A DNA stretch of 52,876 nt, taken from assembly GCA_039714075.1 (NCBI GenBank), contig JBDLKA010000013.1:1-52876 (forward strand), written 5' to 3'. The notes under the pieces are model-generated. The model had not been told where the DNA came from, searched no databases, and saw only the letters and a list, made by a program, of their open reading frames with translations. Every line of letters begins with the position of its first letter. Within the stretch, counting starts at the first letter, position 1. Shown in pieces: positions 13,401-23,095 of the stretch. The stretch is from Candidatus Krumholzibacteriota bacterium. GTDB taxonomy: Bacteria > Krumholzibacteriota > Krumholzibacteriia > LZORAL124-64-63. The position numbers were made by a program, and so were the translations under genes.

Positions 13401-13952
13401 TTATTGGTGACGCGCCCCCCGGCCTCCGGGGCCGCGCCGGGGACCCCCTCCGCCTTTGTCAAAGGGCAGCAATTCCAGGTAGCGGGCCCGTTGGCCGGGT
13501 TCCAGGATTTCCATTTCCTGCAACACCGTTTCGGCCACCAAAGAGTCCAGAACCGCCTGCTGGCGCCCCAGTTCGGCAATGGCCTCGCGGATGCCGTCCT
13601 GGTCGATCCGCTCACTGGTCACCAGGGTATGCAAAAGGCCCCGTTTTTCGGCGATAAGAACCCTTTTCTGCATCAGCATGCGTCCCGTTTTCATATGGAC
13701 CTCCCGGAAGACCTCCCGCTGCTCCGGGTCCAGGCCCAGCGCGTCGGCGATCCGCTCCAGGCGGCGGGTGAACATTTTTTTCCGGGCGACGGAATCCTGT
13801 TTGGCCCACCGGCCGCGCGGACCCCTGATTTCCCCGACCAACCGGGAATCAGGACACCTGTCAGCCCCCCCGCGGTCCCCCAGCAGGCGAACTCCCAGCC
13901 CCAGGTTCAAGCCCAGGGAAATCAACAGCACCAATACCCAGCCCTTTTTCAT
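13401..13952 (-). CDS. Periplasmic heavy-metal sensor / Spy-CpxP-like protein (CnrX-like)
   Basis: N-terminal TM LLISLGLNLG, LGLDPEQR and ILEPGQR (LTxxQ-like) motifs; coupled to the anti-sigma gene by an ATGA overlap. Confidence 0.75.
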   Translation of the reverse strand: MKKGWVLVLLISLGLNLGLGVRLLGDRGGADRCPDSRLVGEIRGPRGRWAKQDSVARKKMFTRRLERIADALGLDPEQREVFREVHMKTGRMLMQKRVLIAEKRGLLHTLVTSERIDQDGIREAIAELGRQQAVLDSLVAETVLQEMEILEPGQRARYLELLPFDKGGGGPRRGPGGRGARHQ

Positions 13953-14452
13953 GATCCATTCACCTCGTCCTGCAGGTCGGCCCCCAGCAGAAAATCATCG
14001 ATGCCCGGAGCGCCGTCACCACCCAGCCAACTGGAGTCCGAAAGCCAGCTGGATTCCGACAACCAACCGGATTCATCATAGTCGGAGGATGCCGAGCCCA
14101 CGTTATCACCATTCTCCACCAGACCCTCTTGGGACGGCATCAGGACACCCAGAGCCAGTCCCGCGGCCACCGCGGTGGCGGCCAGGGTACCCCGGACCAG
14201 GCTTCCGGAGCCGAAGAACCATTTCTGTTCCGTACCCCCGGCCCCGAAGGTCCGCGCCTGGACAGCCGGCCAAACGCTGCCGGTCACGGACGGCTGTCCC
14301 ACCGTACCGAGGTCCTCCCACATCCGGCGGACCTGGCCCGCCTCGGCCCGGCAGGCGGGGCATTTCTCCAGGTGCTCCTCGAGCATGTCCTTTCGCGGCT
14401 GGTCCAGTTCGCCGGAAACGAAAAGTTGAAGCAGTTCCGTGACGTGTTTCAT
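13949..14452 (-). CDS. Zinc-finger (ZAS/zf-HC2) membrane anti-sigma factor
   Basis: N-terminal His plus HLEKCPAC (HxxxCxxC); one TM segment; follows the ECF sigma gene. Confidence 0.85.
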   Translation of the reverse strand: MKHVTELLQLFVSGELDQPRKDMLEEHLEKCPACRAEAGQVRRMWEDLGTVGQPSVTGSVWPAVQARTFGAGGTEQKWFFGSGSLVRGTLAATAVAAGLALGVLMPSQEGLVENGDNVGSASSDYDESGWLSESSWLSDSSWLGGDGAPGIDDFLLGADLQDEVNGS

Positions 14453-15009
14453 ATCAGATCACCCTTTCCGGCAAGGTCCGCCCGCAAGGCCGCCATCGCC
14501 CTCTGGATGAGGGATTCGACTCCCGGTACCGTGGTTCCCATGGCCTCGGCCACCTCCTGGTAGCGCAGCCCTTGGAACCGATGCAGAACCAGGGCTTCTT
14601 TTTGCCGCTGCGGCAGGCGGACCAGGGAGGCCTGGATCGCCTCTTTCCGCTGACTTTGCTCCAGGGCCGCGTCCGGGGCCGGATCCGGACTCCCGATATC
14701 GTGGTCCACCGGATCGAAACGGACCCAGCGCAGGATTTTCCGGCGCCGCAGCCGGCTGCGGGCCAGATTGCCGGCAACCCTGAACAGCCAGCTCTTGAAT
14801 TTGCCCTCCGCCCGGTAGGACTCCGCTTTCCGGAATACCTGCACGAACGTTTCCTGAAGCAGATCCTCCGCTTCCTCCACCGAACCCATCATGTGGACCA
14901 AAAAGCTCAATACTTCCGGCTCCCAACGCAGGACCAGGAGGCGGAAAGCCGCCTCTTGCCCCTGCGCCGTCCGGATCATGAGAGCATCGTCGTCCATGGT
15001 CTGGGACAC
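14449..15009 (-). CDS. ECF-type RNA polymerase sigma-70 factor
   Basis: AEDLLQETF, FKSWLFRVAGN, LPQRQKEAL, YQEVAEAMG (regions 2 and 4); 186 aa. Confidence 0.93.
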   Translation of the reverse strand: MSQTMDDDALMIRTAQGQEAAFRLLVLRWEPEVLSFLVHMMGSVEEAEDLLQETFVQVFRKAESYRAEGKFKSWLFRVAGNLARSRLRRRKILRWVRFDPVDHDIGSPDPAPDAALEQSQRKEAIQASLVRLPQRQKEALVLHRFQGLRYQEVAEAMGTTVPGVESLIQRAMAALRADLAGKGDLI

Positions 15010-15045
15010 TTGCCACCATCCTGCAGGAAGTGATCATCGCCGGCG

Positions 15046-15660
15046 TTACCGGTTGCCCCGGCCGCCTCCGGATCCCTTGCCGCAACCGGGGGTTTCGCAA
15101 CCACCGCGCCCGCCGGGACCACCCCGGTGTCCGCCGCCGTGACGACCCTTGCCCGGTTTGAATCTCTCCTTGAGCATCAGCATCTTGTCACGCTGCTCGG
15201 GTGTCAACAGTTGGCGCACTTCCAATCTGTTCTTCAGGCGGTTCGACTTCATCTCCGTCCGCAGGGCCCCGATCTTTCCCACCAGGTCCAGGGCGGCTTT
15301 CTCGGAGGGCTCGTCCTTCAACAGCTCACCCTGCAGATCGTGGTTCAGCCGGATCAATTTTTTCCGCAGACCCAGGTTCTTTTCCTGACCCGCTTCGCGG
15401 ATGCCCTTGATGGCGGCGATCTGTTCCTCGGTCAGTTCCAGGCGCTCGGCAAGGATTTCCAGCCGGTGGCCGGGACCGAATTCCCCGCCCATTCCATGAC
15501 CCATACCCGGGCCGAACTCGCCGTCACAGTGACCGGATCCTTTACCCGGACCCCTCGGGCCGGGTCCCTGGGCCAGGGCCGTCCCCACGATCAAGAGTGC
15601 GGCGGTGGCCAGGGTCAGAATAACCAGGGATCGCCTTTTCATATTGATTCTGTTCCGCAT
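15046..15660 (-). CDS. Spy/CpxP/ZraP family periplasmic chaperone
   Basis: Start ATG 15660 behind GGAGG; signal peptide; LELTEEQ and LLTPEQR motifs; Gly/His/Met-rich termini. Confidence 0.85.
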   Translation of the reverse strand: MRNRINMKRRSLVILTLATAALLIVGTALAQGPGPRGPGKGSGHCDGEFGPGMGHGMGGEFGPGHRLEILAERLELTEEQIAAIKGIREAGQEKNLGLRKKLIRLNHDLQGELLKDEPSEKAALDLVGKIGALRTEMKSNRLKNRLEVRQLLTPEQRDKMLMLKERFKPGKGRHGGGHRGGPGGRGGCETPGCGKGSGGGRGNR

Positions 15661-15783
15661 GATTTTTTCCTCCGTTGCGGCCTTGCGGCCGTTCAGACAA
15701 TTGCCAACTACCTCGTTCACAGGACCAAACGTGGCAGAAAGCAAAAACCAGCGGAAAACTTGGAAAAAACTTGAAGGAAGGAA

Positions 15784-16839
15784 TCACACGCTGAATCTGA
15801 TTTCCAGGATATCACCATCCTGGACCTCGTAACCCTTTCCCTCCAGGCGCACCTGGTTGGCCTGCTTGGCGGCGGCCATGGAACCGGAGGCGATCAGATC
15901 ATCGTAGGCCGTGACCTCGGCCCTGATGAAACCCCGCTGAAGATCGGAATGGATGACGCCCGCGGCCACGGGCGCGGGCGAGCCCTTGCGGACGGCCCAG
16001 GCGCGGCACTCGTCCTCGCCGACGGTGAAAAAGCTGTGCAGGTCGAGAGCACCGTAGGAAGCCCGGATCATCCGGTTCAAAGCGGGTTCGGCGATACCCA
16101 TGTCGGCCAGGAATTCGGCGGCTTCGTCGGCATCCAGTTCGGCCAGCTCTTCCTCGACGCCGGCGCAAAGGGAAACCGTTTCCGCTCCGGCGGCCCGGGC
16201 CGCGGCGAGGACATCGGCGGGAGCTTCAGCGCCTTCCTCATGATTCAGGACCACGATCATGGGCTTCTGGGTCAAAAAAGTGTAGCCCGAAGAGAGCTTG
16301 ACTTCGTCCGGATTGAGTTCGAGATCCCGCAGGGGGCGGTCGTTTTCAAGTTGCTCACGGAATCGTTCCATCATGGGCGGTTCCAGGGGATTGGCCACCT
16401 TGCCCATGCGGGCTTTTTCCTTTTCCAGCCGTTCCAGCCGGTTTTCCACGATCTGCAGGTCCGCCAGGGCAAGCTCCAGGGCCATGGTCTCCAGTTCCCC
16501 CAGGGGATCCGGTGTGCCGTAGCCGCCGTCGAAACAGCGGATGACCTGGGCCAGGGCATCGACCTTGCGGCCGTGCTCCAGGAACCTGGTCGCTTCCCGG
16601 CCGCCGTCGGCGGCGCCGCCGCCCTTGAAGCCGGGGATGTCCACCCACTCGACGGTGGCATGGACAGTGCGTTTGGGCTGGAACATTTCGGTCAGCCGGT
16701 CCAGGCGGGGATCGGGCACGCGGCCCACGGCCAGATGAGGATCCACGCCACCCTGCCCGGTGGGCAATCCCGCGCCGGTGATCACATTGAAAAGAGTGGT
16801 TTTGCCGGTGAACTTGACCCCGATGATCCCGATCTGCAC
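15784..16839 (-). CDS. ychF: YchF/Obg-like ATPase with DUF933 (TGS-like) C-terminus
   Basis: GTG 16839 behind GGGAGG gives MQIGIIG..GKTTLFN; VPDPRLD, FFTVGEDECRAW, IHSDLQRGFIRAE, RLEGKGYEVQDGD. Confidence 0.88.
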   Translation of the reverse strand: MQIGIIGVKFTGKTTLFNVITGAGLPTGQGGVDPHLAVGRVPDPRLDRLTEMFQPKRTVHATVEWVDIPGFKGGGAADGGREATRFLEHGRKVDALAQVIRCFDGGYGTPDPLGELETMALELALADLQIVENRLERLEKEKARMGKVANPLEPPMMERFREQLENDRPLRDLELNPDEVKLSSGYTFLTQKPMIVVLNHEEGAEAPADVLAAARAAGAETVSLCAGVEEELAELDADEAAEFLADMGIAEPALNRMIRASYGALDLHSFFTVGEDECRAWAVRKGSPAPVAAGVIHSDLQRGFIRAEVTAYDDLIASGSMAAAKQANQVRLEGKGYEVQDGDILEIRFSV

Positions 16840-16950
16840 ATCTGCCTCCCGGATACAAACCACAGGTCCGAGGACCCGGAACACACCTCGACGCGAAGGG
16901 ACTGAATAATACACTCCCGGCCAAGGAATTCCAGTGGGGTGAATTTCAGA

Positions 16951-17322
16951 TCAGAATCCGGGCGGAGCCAGTTCGGGAGTATAGGGCAGCGACCACAGTG
17001 AGTGGGGCCCCTGGACTCCGGCCGCATCGACCGCCGCGACCCTGACCCGGTATTTGTTCCCGTAGACCACCGGCAACATGATCGACTCCGACGGCACCGG
17101 GTCGAATACCCGGGTGTCCCGTTCGTTGATCAGCACCTCGACCACGTAATGGTGGACGGCTGTTCCGGTTGTGGGCGCGGTCCAGGTGAATTCCGTGTCG
17201 GGAGCACTCTGGCTGTTGAAGGTCTTGTTTTCCTGGACCAGAGCGGTTCCGATTCCCACCGCCAGGATAAGGACCACCGCCAGGAGGACCTTCATCACCA
17301 TCGACCTTGTTTTCTTTTCCAT
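16951..17322 (-). CDS. Small secreted fibronectin type III-like protein
   Basis: Hydrophobic N-terminus, FTWTAP, YRVRVAAVDAAG..GP.S (FN3 signature); start 17322 or nearby. Confidence 0.7.
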   Translation of the reverse strand: MEKKTRSMVMKVLLAVVLILAVGIGTALVQENKTFNSQSAPDTEFTWTAPTTGTAVHHYVVEVLINERDTRVFDPVPSESIMLPVVYGNKYRVRVAAVDAAGVQGPHSLWSLPYTPELAPPGF

Positions 17323-17608
17323 TTTTTTACTTCCGTAATTTAAGCAGTTGCGAAACCGGGCGATTTTCAGGTCCGAAACTATTCCGTTCTCCAACAAATA
17401 TATAACTGTTTTTCCTCAGATGCAAAATCAGGCATGAAAACAAAAATCACCTCGAATTAGCCAATTTGTGGCAATAAAATGAATTTCAGGGTTGCCAAAC
17501 CCGGGTGGAGATCCCCATATTTACCCCGGCGGGAGAAGGAACGCCGGTGAGTTCGGCCCCTTGGAGGGAGGTTGGAAGCTCAGACAATTCACGGAGGATT
17601 TTGATATA

Positions 17609-19354
17609 ATGACAGGTAAAGCCCTTACAGCCCTTGGCTTTATTTTAGTTCTTTCTCAAACCTCTTTAATAGCCCACGCGGGCACTCTTTTGGTGCCCGG
17701 GGAATACGCCACCATCGGTGACGCGATGGAAATCTCCCAACCCGGCGACCGCATTGAAGTCTCCCCCGGGGTTTACCGGGAAAATAATCTGGTCATGACC
17801 GAGGGCGTCGTCCTTATCGGCATGGGAACCGGACCCGGGGACGTGGTCCTCGACGGGGGCGGCTCGGGGCGGATCATCCTCTGCGAAAGCATCATCCAAT
17901 CCAGTTATATCGAGAACCTAACTTTGGCCAACGGCCGGGCCTTCGGCGCCTCGAGCTACGACCAGAGCGGCGGCGCCCTGCTGTCCAGCAACAGCAGCCT
18001 GCGCATTTCGAAATGCATTTTCTCGGCCAACGAGGCCGAAAGCCACGGCGGCGCCATTCGCTGCAACAATTCCACGCTTCTGATCAACGACTGCCTGTTT
18101 ACCGGCAACAGCGCCCCCAACGGCGGCGGCGGGGCGGTTGATTGCAGCTACGGATCTTCTCCCCTGTTCCGGAATTGCGACTTCGAGAACAACAGCGCCT
18201 CCTGGGGCGGGGCCTTGTCCTGCCGCGCGGACTCGTCCCCCATGGTCGCCGACAGCCACTTCAAGAACAACACCGCCATGGGCGACCTGGGCTTCGGCGG
18301 GGCCGTGTTTTCCGATTTTCAAGCCACCCCCGTCTTCACCTATTCCACCTTCTCCGGGAATCAAGCCCTCTACGGCGGGGCGCTGGCCAGCTTCCAGGAC
18401 GCGGAAACAAACCTGGAAAACTGCACCGTCACCGGGAATTCGGCCGAATTCAGCGGCGGCGGCCTTTTTTGCCACGAATCGTCGCCGCGGGTGACCGGCT
18501 CCATCATCGCCTTCCAGGAAGGCACCGGCATCGCGGCCCAGGGAGGGGCCGTGCCCATGATTTCCTGCACCGATCTTTTCGGCAACAGCCAGGGAGATTG
18601 GGTGGGGAACATTTCCGATCAGGCCGGTGTCCAGGAAAACCTGTCCGCCGACCCCGTGTTCTGCTCCGAAAACCCCCTCACCGACAACGAGTTTTCCCTC
18701 CAGGACAATTCCCCCTGCGGACCCGAAGTGAATTCCTGCGGCGCCCTGGGCGCCTGGCCCGTCGGCTGTGACGCGGTCGCCGCCCGGGTGACCCTTTTCG
18801 AAGCCGACTGGAGCGGCAGGCACGCCCGGCTTTCCTGGCAGACCCTGTCCAACGGGGAAGCCCCCGTGTTCCGCCTGACCGGCGTCGTGGACGAGGAAGG
18901 CGCCAAGGAGTGGGAAATCCCCTACCAGGACGAGGGCGGCGGATTTTTCGCGGCGGAAGACCAGCAGTCCCGAACCGACAGCGGCAAGCAATACATCTTC
19001 CGCCTGTACCTGGTGGACAATCGTGGCGGGATGTCTCTGCTGGGTGAAACCAAGCTGGTGGCGGTGCCCGATTTTCCGGGTATCAGGGACTTGAAGGCCT
19101 CGCCCAATCCCTTCAACCCCTTGACTTCCATTTCCTTCAACCTCGGCAGTTCCCAGCGGACGCGGGTTTCCATCTATACCGTGGACGGACGCCGGGTCAG
19201 GACCCTGGCCAGCCGCGAGTTCGGCTCCGGGCCCCAGGAAATCAAGTGGGACGGCACCGACGAAAACGGCCGTCATTGCAGCACCGGCGCCTACATCGCC
19301 CTGGTGGAAGGCGAGCGTCAGATGAAAACCATCAAGCTGACCCTGATGAAGTAA
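17609..19354 (+). CDS. Secreted right-handed beta-helix protein with C-terminal FlgD-Ig/T9SS-like domain
   Basis: ATG 17609 behind GGAGG; VPGEYATI..A start; FxxN/GGA repeats; C-terminal PNPFNPLTSISF...WDGTDENG...KLTLMK. Confidence 0.85.
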   Translation: MTGKALTALGFILVLSQTSLIAHAGTLLVPGEYATIGDAMEISQPGDRIEVSPGVYRENNLVMTEGVVLIGMGTGPGDVVLDGGGSGRIILCESIIQSSYIENLTLANGRAFGASSYDQSGGALLSSNSSLRISKCIFSANEAESHGGAIRCNNSTLLINDCLFTGNSAPNGGGGAVDCSYGSSPLFRNCDFENNSASWGGALSCRADSSPMVADSHFKNNTAMGDLGFGGAVFSDFQATPVFTYSTFSGNQALYGGALASFQDAETNLENCTVTGNSAEFSGGGLFCHESSPRVTGSIIAFQEGTGIAAQGGAVPMISCTDLFGNSQGDWVGNISDQAGVQENLSADPVFCSENPLTDNEFSLQDNSPCGPEVNSCGALGAWPVGCDAVAARVTLFEADWSGRHARLSWQTLSNGEAPVFRLTGVVDEEGAKEWEIPYQDEGGGFFAAEDQQSRTDSGKQYIFRLYLVDNRGGMSLLGETKLVAVPDFPGIRDLKASPNPFNPLTSISFNLGSSQRTRVSIYTVDGRRVRTLASREFGSGPQEIKWDGTDENGRHCSTGAYIALVEGERQMKTIKLTLMK

Positions 19355-19382
19355 CCGGTCGGGGCCGTTTCCGAACCATACC

Positions 19383-20276
19383 CTATTTTTTGCGAGCCAC
19401 GATCCCGGCGGCAGGCCGCCCGTCAGGATCGTGGCTTTCTTCGTGAGCCAGGATCTCGCACTGGCCCGCGGGAAAATACCGCGGCAGTTCGTGGGGCCGC
19501 AGCCGGTAGCGGGGGCTCGGGTGCCCCTCGTAACCCGGGGCCGCACGGAAGGTCCGGATCAGGGCCACGCCGCCTTTTTGAAGCAGACCGGGAATTTTTT
19601 CCAGGAGATCCGGCTGCCGAAAACGGAAATTGAGGATGACCGCCCAGGGCCCTTCCGGCAGCGCTTGCGGATCACGAAGATCCCCCGCCAGGAAATTGCA
19701 GGTAACCCCACGGTCGGCAGCCAGCCTTCTGCCCAGGTCGAGGGCTTCGACCTGCCAGTCGATCCCCGTGACCCGATAGCCTTTTTGCGCCAGCCACACC
19801 GCGGCCCGTCCGCTGCCGCAGGCCAGATCCAGCACCGGCCCCGCCGCCGGGGGCGGAAGCAGATCCGCGTGCCGACGCAACCAGAGCGGAGCCTTCCACA
19901 GGCACCGGGATGAAGACCCCGTCTCCTTCAGGTCGGCCGGCAATTGGTCCACCGCTGCCGGCGGAAGGGCCAGACCGGTCACCTCGGCCCGGTCCCGGCC
20001 GGCAAGATGCCGCGCCAGGCGGTCGGCCCGCTCCTGCCGGGCCGCGATCACCACCAGGGGTTCATGCCGGGGCGGCAGGAAAATCGAGGGCAATTCCCTT
20101 TCCAGGTACTCCGCCTCCCGGGGTGGCTTGACATCCTCCAGGGGATGGCTGGACGACCCCGCCAGATGACCTTCCGTAAACGATTGGCTGGTACGGATAT
20201 CCAGCACATTGGCGGCCGCCCAGCCGGGCGCGGACTGCAGTTCCGTCAGAAAATCCTTTATATTGTATCGATCCAT
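19383..20276 (-). CDS. Rhodanese-like domain fused to a class I SAM methyltransferase (TehB-like)
   Basis: VLDIRT..F..GHLAGS rhodanese start; VLDLACGSGR..VTGID SAM motif; start probably ATG 20276. Confidence 0.75.
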   Translation of the reverse strand: MDRYNIKDFLTELQSAPGWAAANVLDIRTSQSFTEGHLAGSSSHPLEDVKPPREAEYLERELPSIFLPPRHEPLVVIAARQERADRLARHLAGRDRAEVTGLALPPAAVDQLPADLKETGSSSRCLWKAPLWLRRHADLLPPPAAGPVLDLACGSGRAAVWLAQKGYRVTGIDWQVEALDLGRRLAADRGVTCNFLAGDLRDPQALPEGPWAVILNFRFRQPDLLEKIPGLLQKGGVALIRTFRAAPGYEGHPSPRYRLRPHELPRYFPAGQCEILAHEESHDPDGRPAAGIVARKK

Positions 20277-20470
20277 GATACCTCTTCCCGGGGCGGGTTG
20301 AAGAGACCTGATCCCGCTTGGACTAATCCCGGCATTGGCCGTCACCGGGTCCTGCTTTATTATGGACCAAAATTGCCGATGTCAAAGAGGCAAGACGCCC
20401 CCAAGGGAATTCGGGGGCCGGCCGCGCTACAAACCGATCATTTGCTTGGACCGGATTCCAGGAGACCGCA

Positions 20471-23095
20471 ATGCCAACGATCCAGACTTTCATTGTCACA
20501 CCGAACCTTCCGGAGCCCCTGAAGCCCCTGCTGGACATCGCCCGCAACGTCTGGTGGTCCTGGAACGTGGAAGCCATTTCCCTGCTGCGGCGGGTCGACC
20601 CCGACCTGTGGGACAAACACGAAGGCAACCCGGTGGCCGTCCTGGGTTCCCTGTCCGCCGAACGGGTCAGCGAACTGGAACGCGACAAGGCTTTCCTGGC
20701 CCATCTGGAAAGGGTGCGCAACGACCTGGACCGGTACCTCAACCTCGATTCCTGGTTCGAAGGCGAGCATGAAGACCTAAAAAGCGGCCTGATCGGTTAT
20801 TTCTCCCTGGAGTTCGGTCTCCATGAATCACTGCCCCTGTACTCGGGCGGCCTGGGCATCCTGGCCGGCGACCACCTGAAATCCGCCACCGACCTGGGCC
20901 TGCCCCTGGTGGGGATGGGCCTGGCCTACCAGTACGGTTATTTCCGCCAGTACCTCAACCATGACGGCTGGCAGATGGAAGAGTATTCGGTCAACGATTT
21001 CTACAACATGTCCATGTCCCTGGAAAAGGATCGTGAAGGGAGGGAACGCACCATCGAGGTCCACTACCCCGGGCGGGTGGTGAAGGCCCGGATCTGGCGC
21101 CTCCAGGTGGGGCGCAACCCCCTGTTCCTGCTGGACACGAACATCCCCGAAAACCGGCCCGAGGACCGCGAGCTGACCAGCCGCCTGTACAGCGGCGACA
21201 ACGACATGCGCATCCGGCAGGAAATCCTGCTGGGCATCGGCGGCCTGCGCGCGCTGATCGAGCTCGGTCTCGAGCCCACGGTCTGCCATCTGAACGAAGG
21301 GCACTCCGCATTCCTCGCCCTGGAACGCATCAACCTGCTGATGAAGAACAAGGGCCTGGATTTCGACACCGCCTTCGAGCTGGTGCGCGCCAGCAACGTG
21401 TTCACCACGCACACGCCGGTCCCGGCGGGCAACGATCATTTTCACCCCGACCTGGTCAGGACCTATCTGAAACGCAAGGTCGACGAACTGGGTATCGACA
21501 TGGAACGCCTGCTGGCCCTGGGTCGCCAGGACCCGGACAACAAGGCGGAAACCTTCTGCATGACCGTGCTGGCGCTGCGCCTGAGCCGCTTCGTCAACGG
21601 CGTCAGCGAACTCCATGGGCACGTGTCCCGCAAGATGTGGCAGCAGGTCTGGCCCGAAGCCCCGGCCGAAGAGATCCCCATCACCCACGTGACCAACGGC
21701 ATCCATACCCGCAGTTGGCTGTGCACGGAAATCGCCCGCCTCTACGACCGCTACCTGGGCCCCCGCTGGTACGAGGACCCCACCAACAAGACCCTCTGGG
21801 ACCGGGTGGACCACATCCCCGACGCCGAGCTGTGGCGCTCCCACGAGCGGATGCGGGAACGTCTGGTCGGGTTCGTGCGGCGACGCCTGCGCCGACAGCT
21901 GCGCAACCGCGGCGCCAACCGCGCCTGGATCAAGCAGGCCTCCGAAGTGCTGGATCCCGAAGCGTTGACCATCGGTTTCGCGCGCCGCTTCGCCACCTAC
22001 AAACGGGCCGCCCTGATCCTGAGCGATCCCGCCCGTCTGAGCCGGATCCTGAACAACCCGGACCGTCCGGTCCAACTCATCTTCGCGGGCAAGGCCCACC
22101 CCAAGGACCATCCGGGCAAGGAGTTGATCCGGCAGCTGATCCACCTGGCCGAGCGGGAGGAATTCCGCAAGCGCATCGTCTTTGTCGAGGACTACAACAT
22201 CGAGGTGGCCCGCTACCTGGTGCAGGGAGTGGACATCTGGCTGAACAATCCCCGCCGGCCCCTCGAAGCCAGCGGCACCAGCGGCATGAAGGTCCCCCCC
22301 AACGGGGGCATCAACCTGTCCGTGCTCGACGGCTGGTGGTGCGAAGGCTACCAGCAGGACAACGGCTGGGCCATCGGCGCCGGAGAGGACTACGAGGACC
22401 AGGCCTACCAGGACGACGTGGAAAGCACCGCCCTTTTGGACCTGCTCGAGAACGAGATCGTGCCCACGTTCTACGAACGCAGCAGCGACGACGTGCCCCG
22501 GGAATGGACGCGCATCATGAAGAATTCCATGCGGACGGTGAACGCCGAGTTCAACACCAACCGCATGGTCGAGGAATACACCGAGCGGTTCTACATCCCC
22601 TGCGTCGAAAATGCCGCGCGGTTGAGCGCCAACGACTATGCCCGGGCCAAGGAGCTTGCCGACTGGCGCCGCGGGATCAAGGCCGGGTGGGATAAACTGA
22701 GGATCATGCAGGTCGAAGCCCCGCCGCTTTCGGCCCAACCCATGGGGTCCAACCTGCCGGTCAAGGCGACCGTCCAGCTGGGCAACATCCCGGCGGACGA
22801 AGTGCTGGTCGAGGTTTACCACGGACTGCTGGATTCAGCGGGAGATATCGTCAACGGCGAAACGGCCACCCTGTTCCCCGGTGACATCGGAAATGACGGG
22901 ACCGCTGTCTACACCGGTGACATTCCCTGCCGCCGGGCCGGTCGCCGCGGTTTCACGTTGCGGGCGGTCCCCCGCAAGGAAGGCTACCCCCTGGACAGGT
23001 TCGAGACCGGCCTGGTCTCCTGGTGGGACGATCCCGCGGCCGGCGTGCACGAGGCGGGCGAAAACGCCCCGGGCGTCACCGTTCACCGCGCCTGA
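20471..23095 (+). CDS. glgP: Alpha-glucan (glycogen/maltodextrin) phosphorylase
   Basis: YSGGLGILAGD, HLNEGH, FARRFATYKR, FAGKAHP, EASGTSGMK (PLP lysine); RBS AGGAG. Confidence 0.96.
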   Translation: MPTIQTFIVTPNLPEPLKPLLDIARNVWWSWNVEAISLLRRVDPDLWDKHEGNPVAVLGSLSAERVSELERDKAFLAHLERVRNDLDRYLNLDSWFEGEHEDLKSGLIGYFSLEFGLHESLPLYSGGLGILAGDHLKSATDLGLPLVGMGLAYQYGYFRQYLNHDGWQMEEYSVNDFYNMSMSLEKDREGRERTIEVHYPGRVVKARIWRLQVGRNPLFLLDTNIPENRPEDRELTSRLYSGDNDMRIRQEILLGIGGLRALIELGLEPTVCHLNEGHSAFLALERINLLMKNKGLDFDTAFELVRASNVFTTHTPVPAGNDHFHPDLVRTYLKRKVDELGIDMERLLALGRQDPDNKAETFCMTVLALRLSRFVNGVSELHGHVSRKMWQQVWPEAPAEEIPITHVTNGIHTRSWLCTEIARLYDRYLGPRWYEDPTNKTLWDRVDHIPDAELWRSHERMRERLVGFVRRRLRRQLRNRGANRAWIKQASEVLDPEALTIGFARRFATYKRAALILSDPARLSRILNNPDRPVQLIFAGKAHPKDHPGKELIRQLIHLAEREEFRKRIVFVEDYNIEVARYLVQGVDIWLNNPRRPLEASGTSGMKVPPNGGINLSVLDGWWCEGYQQDNGWAIGAGEDYEDQAYQDDVESTALLDLLENEIVPTFYERSSDDVPREWTRIMKNSMRTVNAEFNTNRMVEEYTERFYIPCVENAARLSANDYARAKELADWRRGIKAGWDKLRIMQVEAPPLSAQPMGSNLPVKATVQLGNIPADEVLVEVYHGLLDSAGDIVNGETATLFPGDIGNDGTAVYTGDIPCRRAGRRGFTLRAVPRKEGYPLDRFETGLVSWWDDPAAGVHEAGENAPGVTVHRA

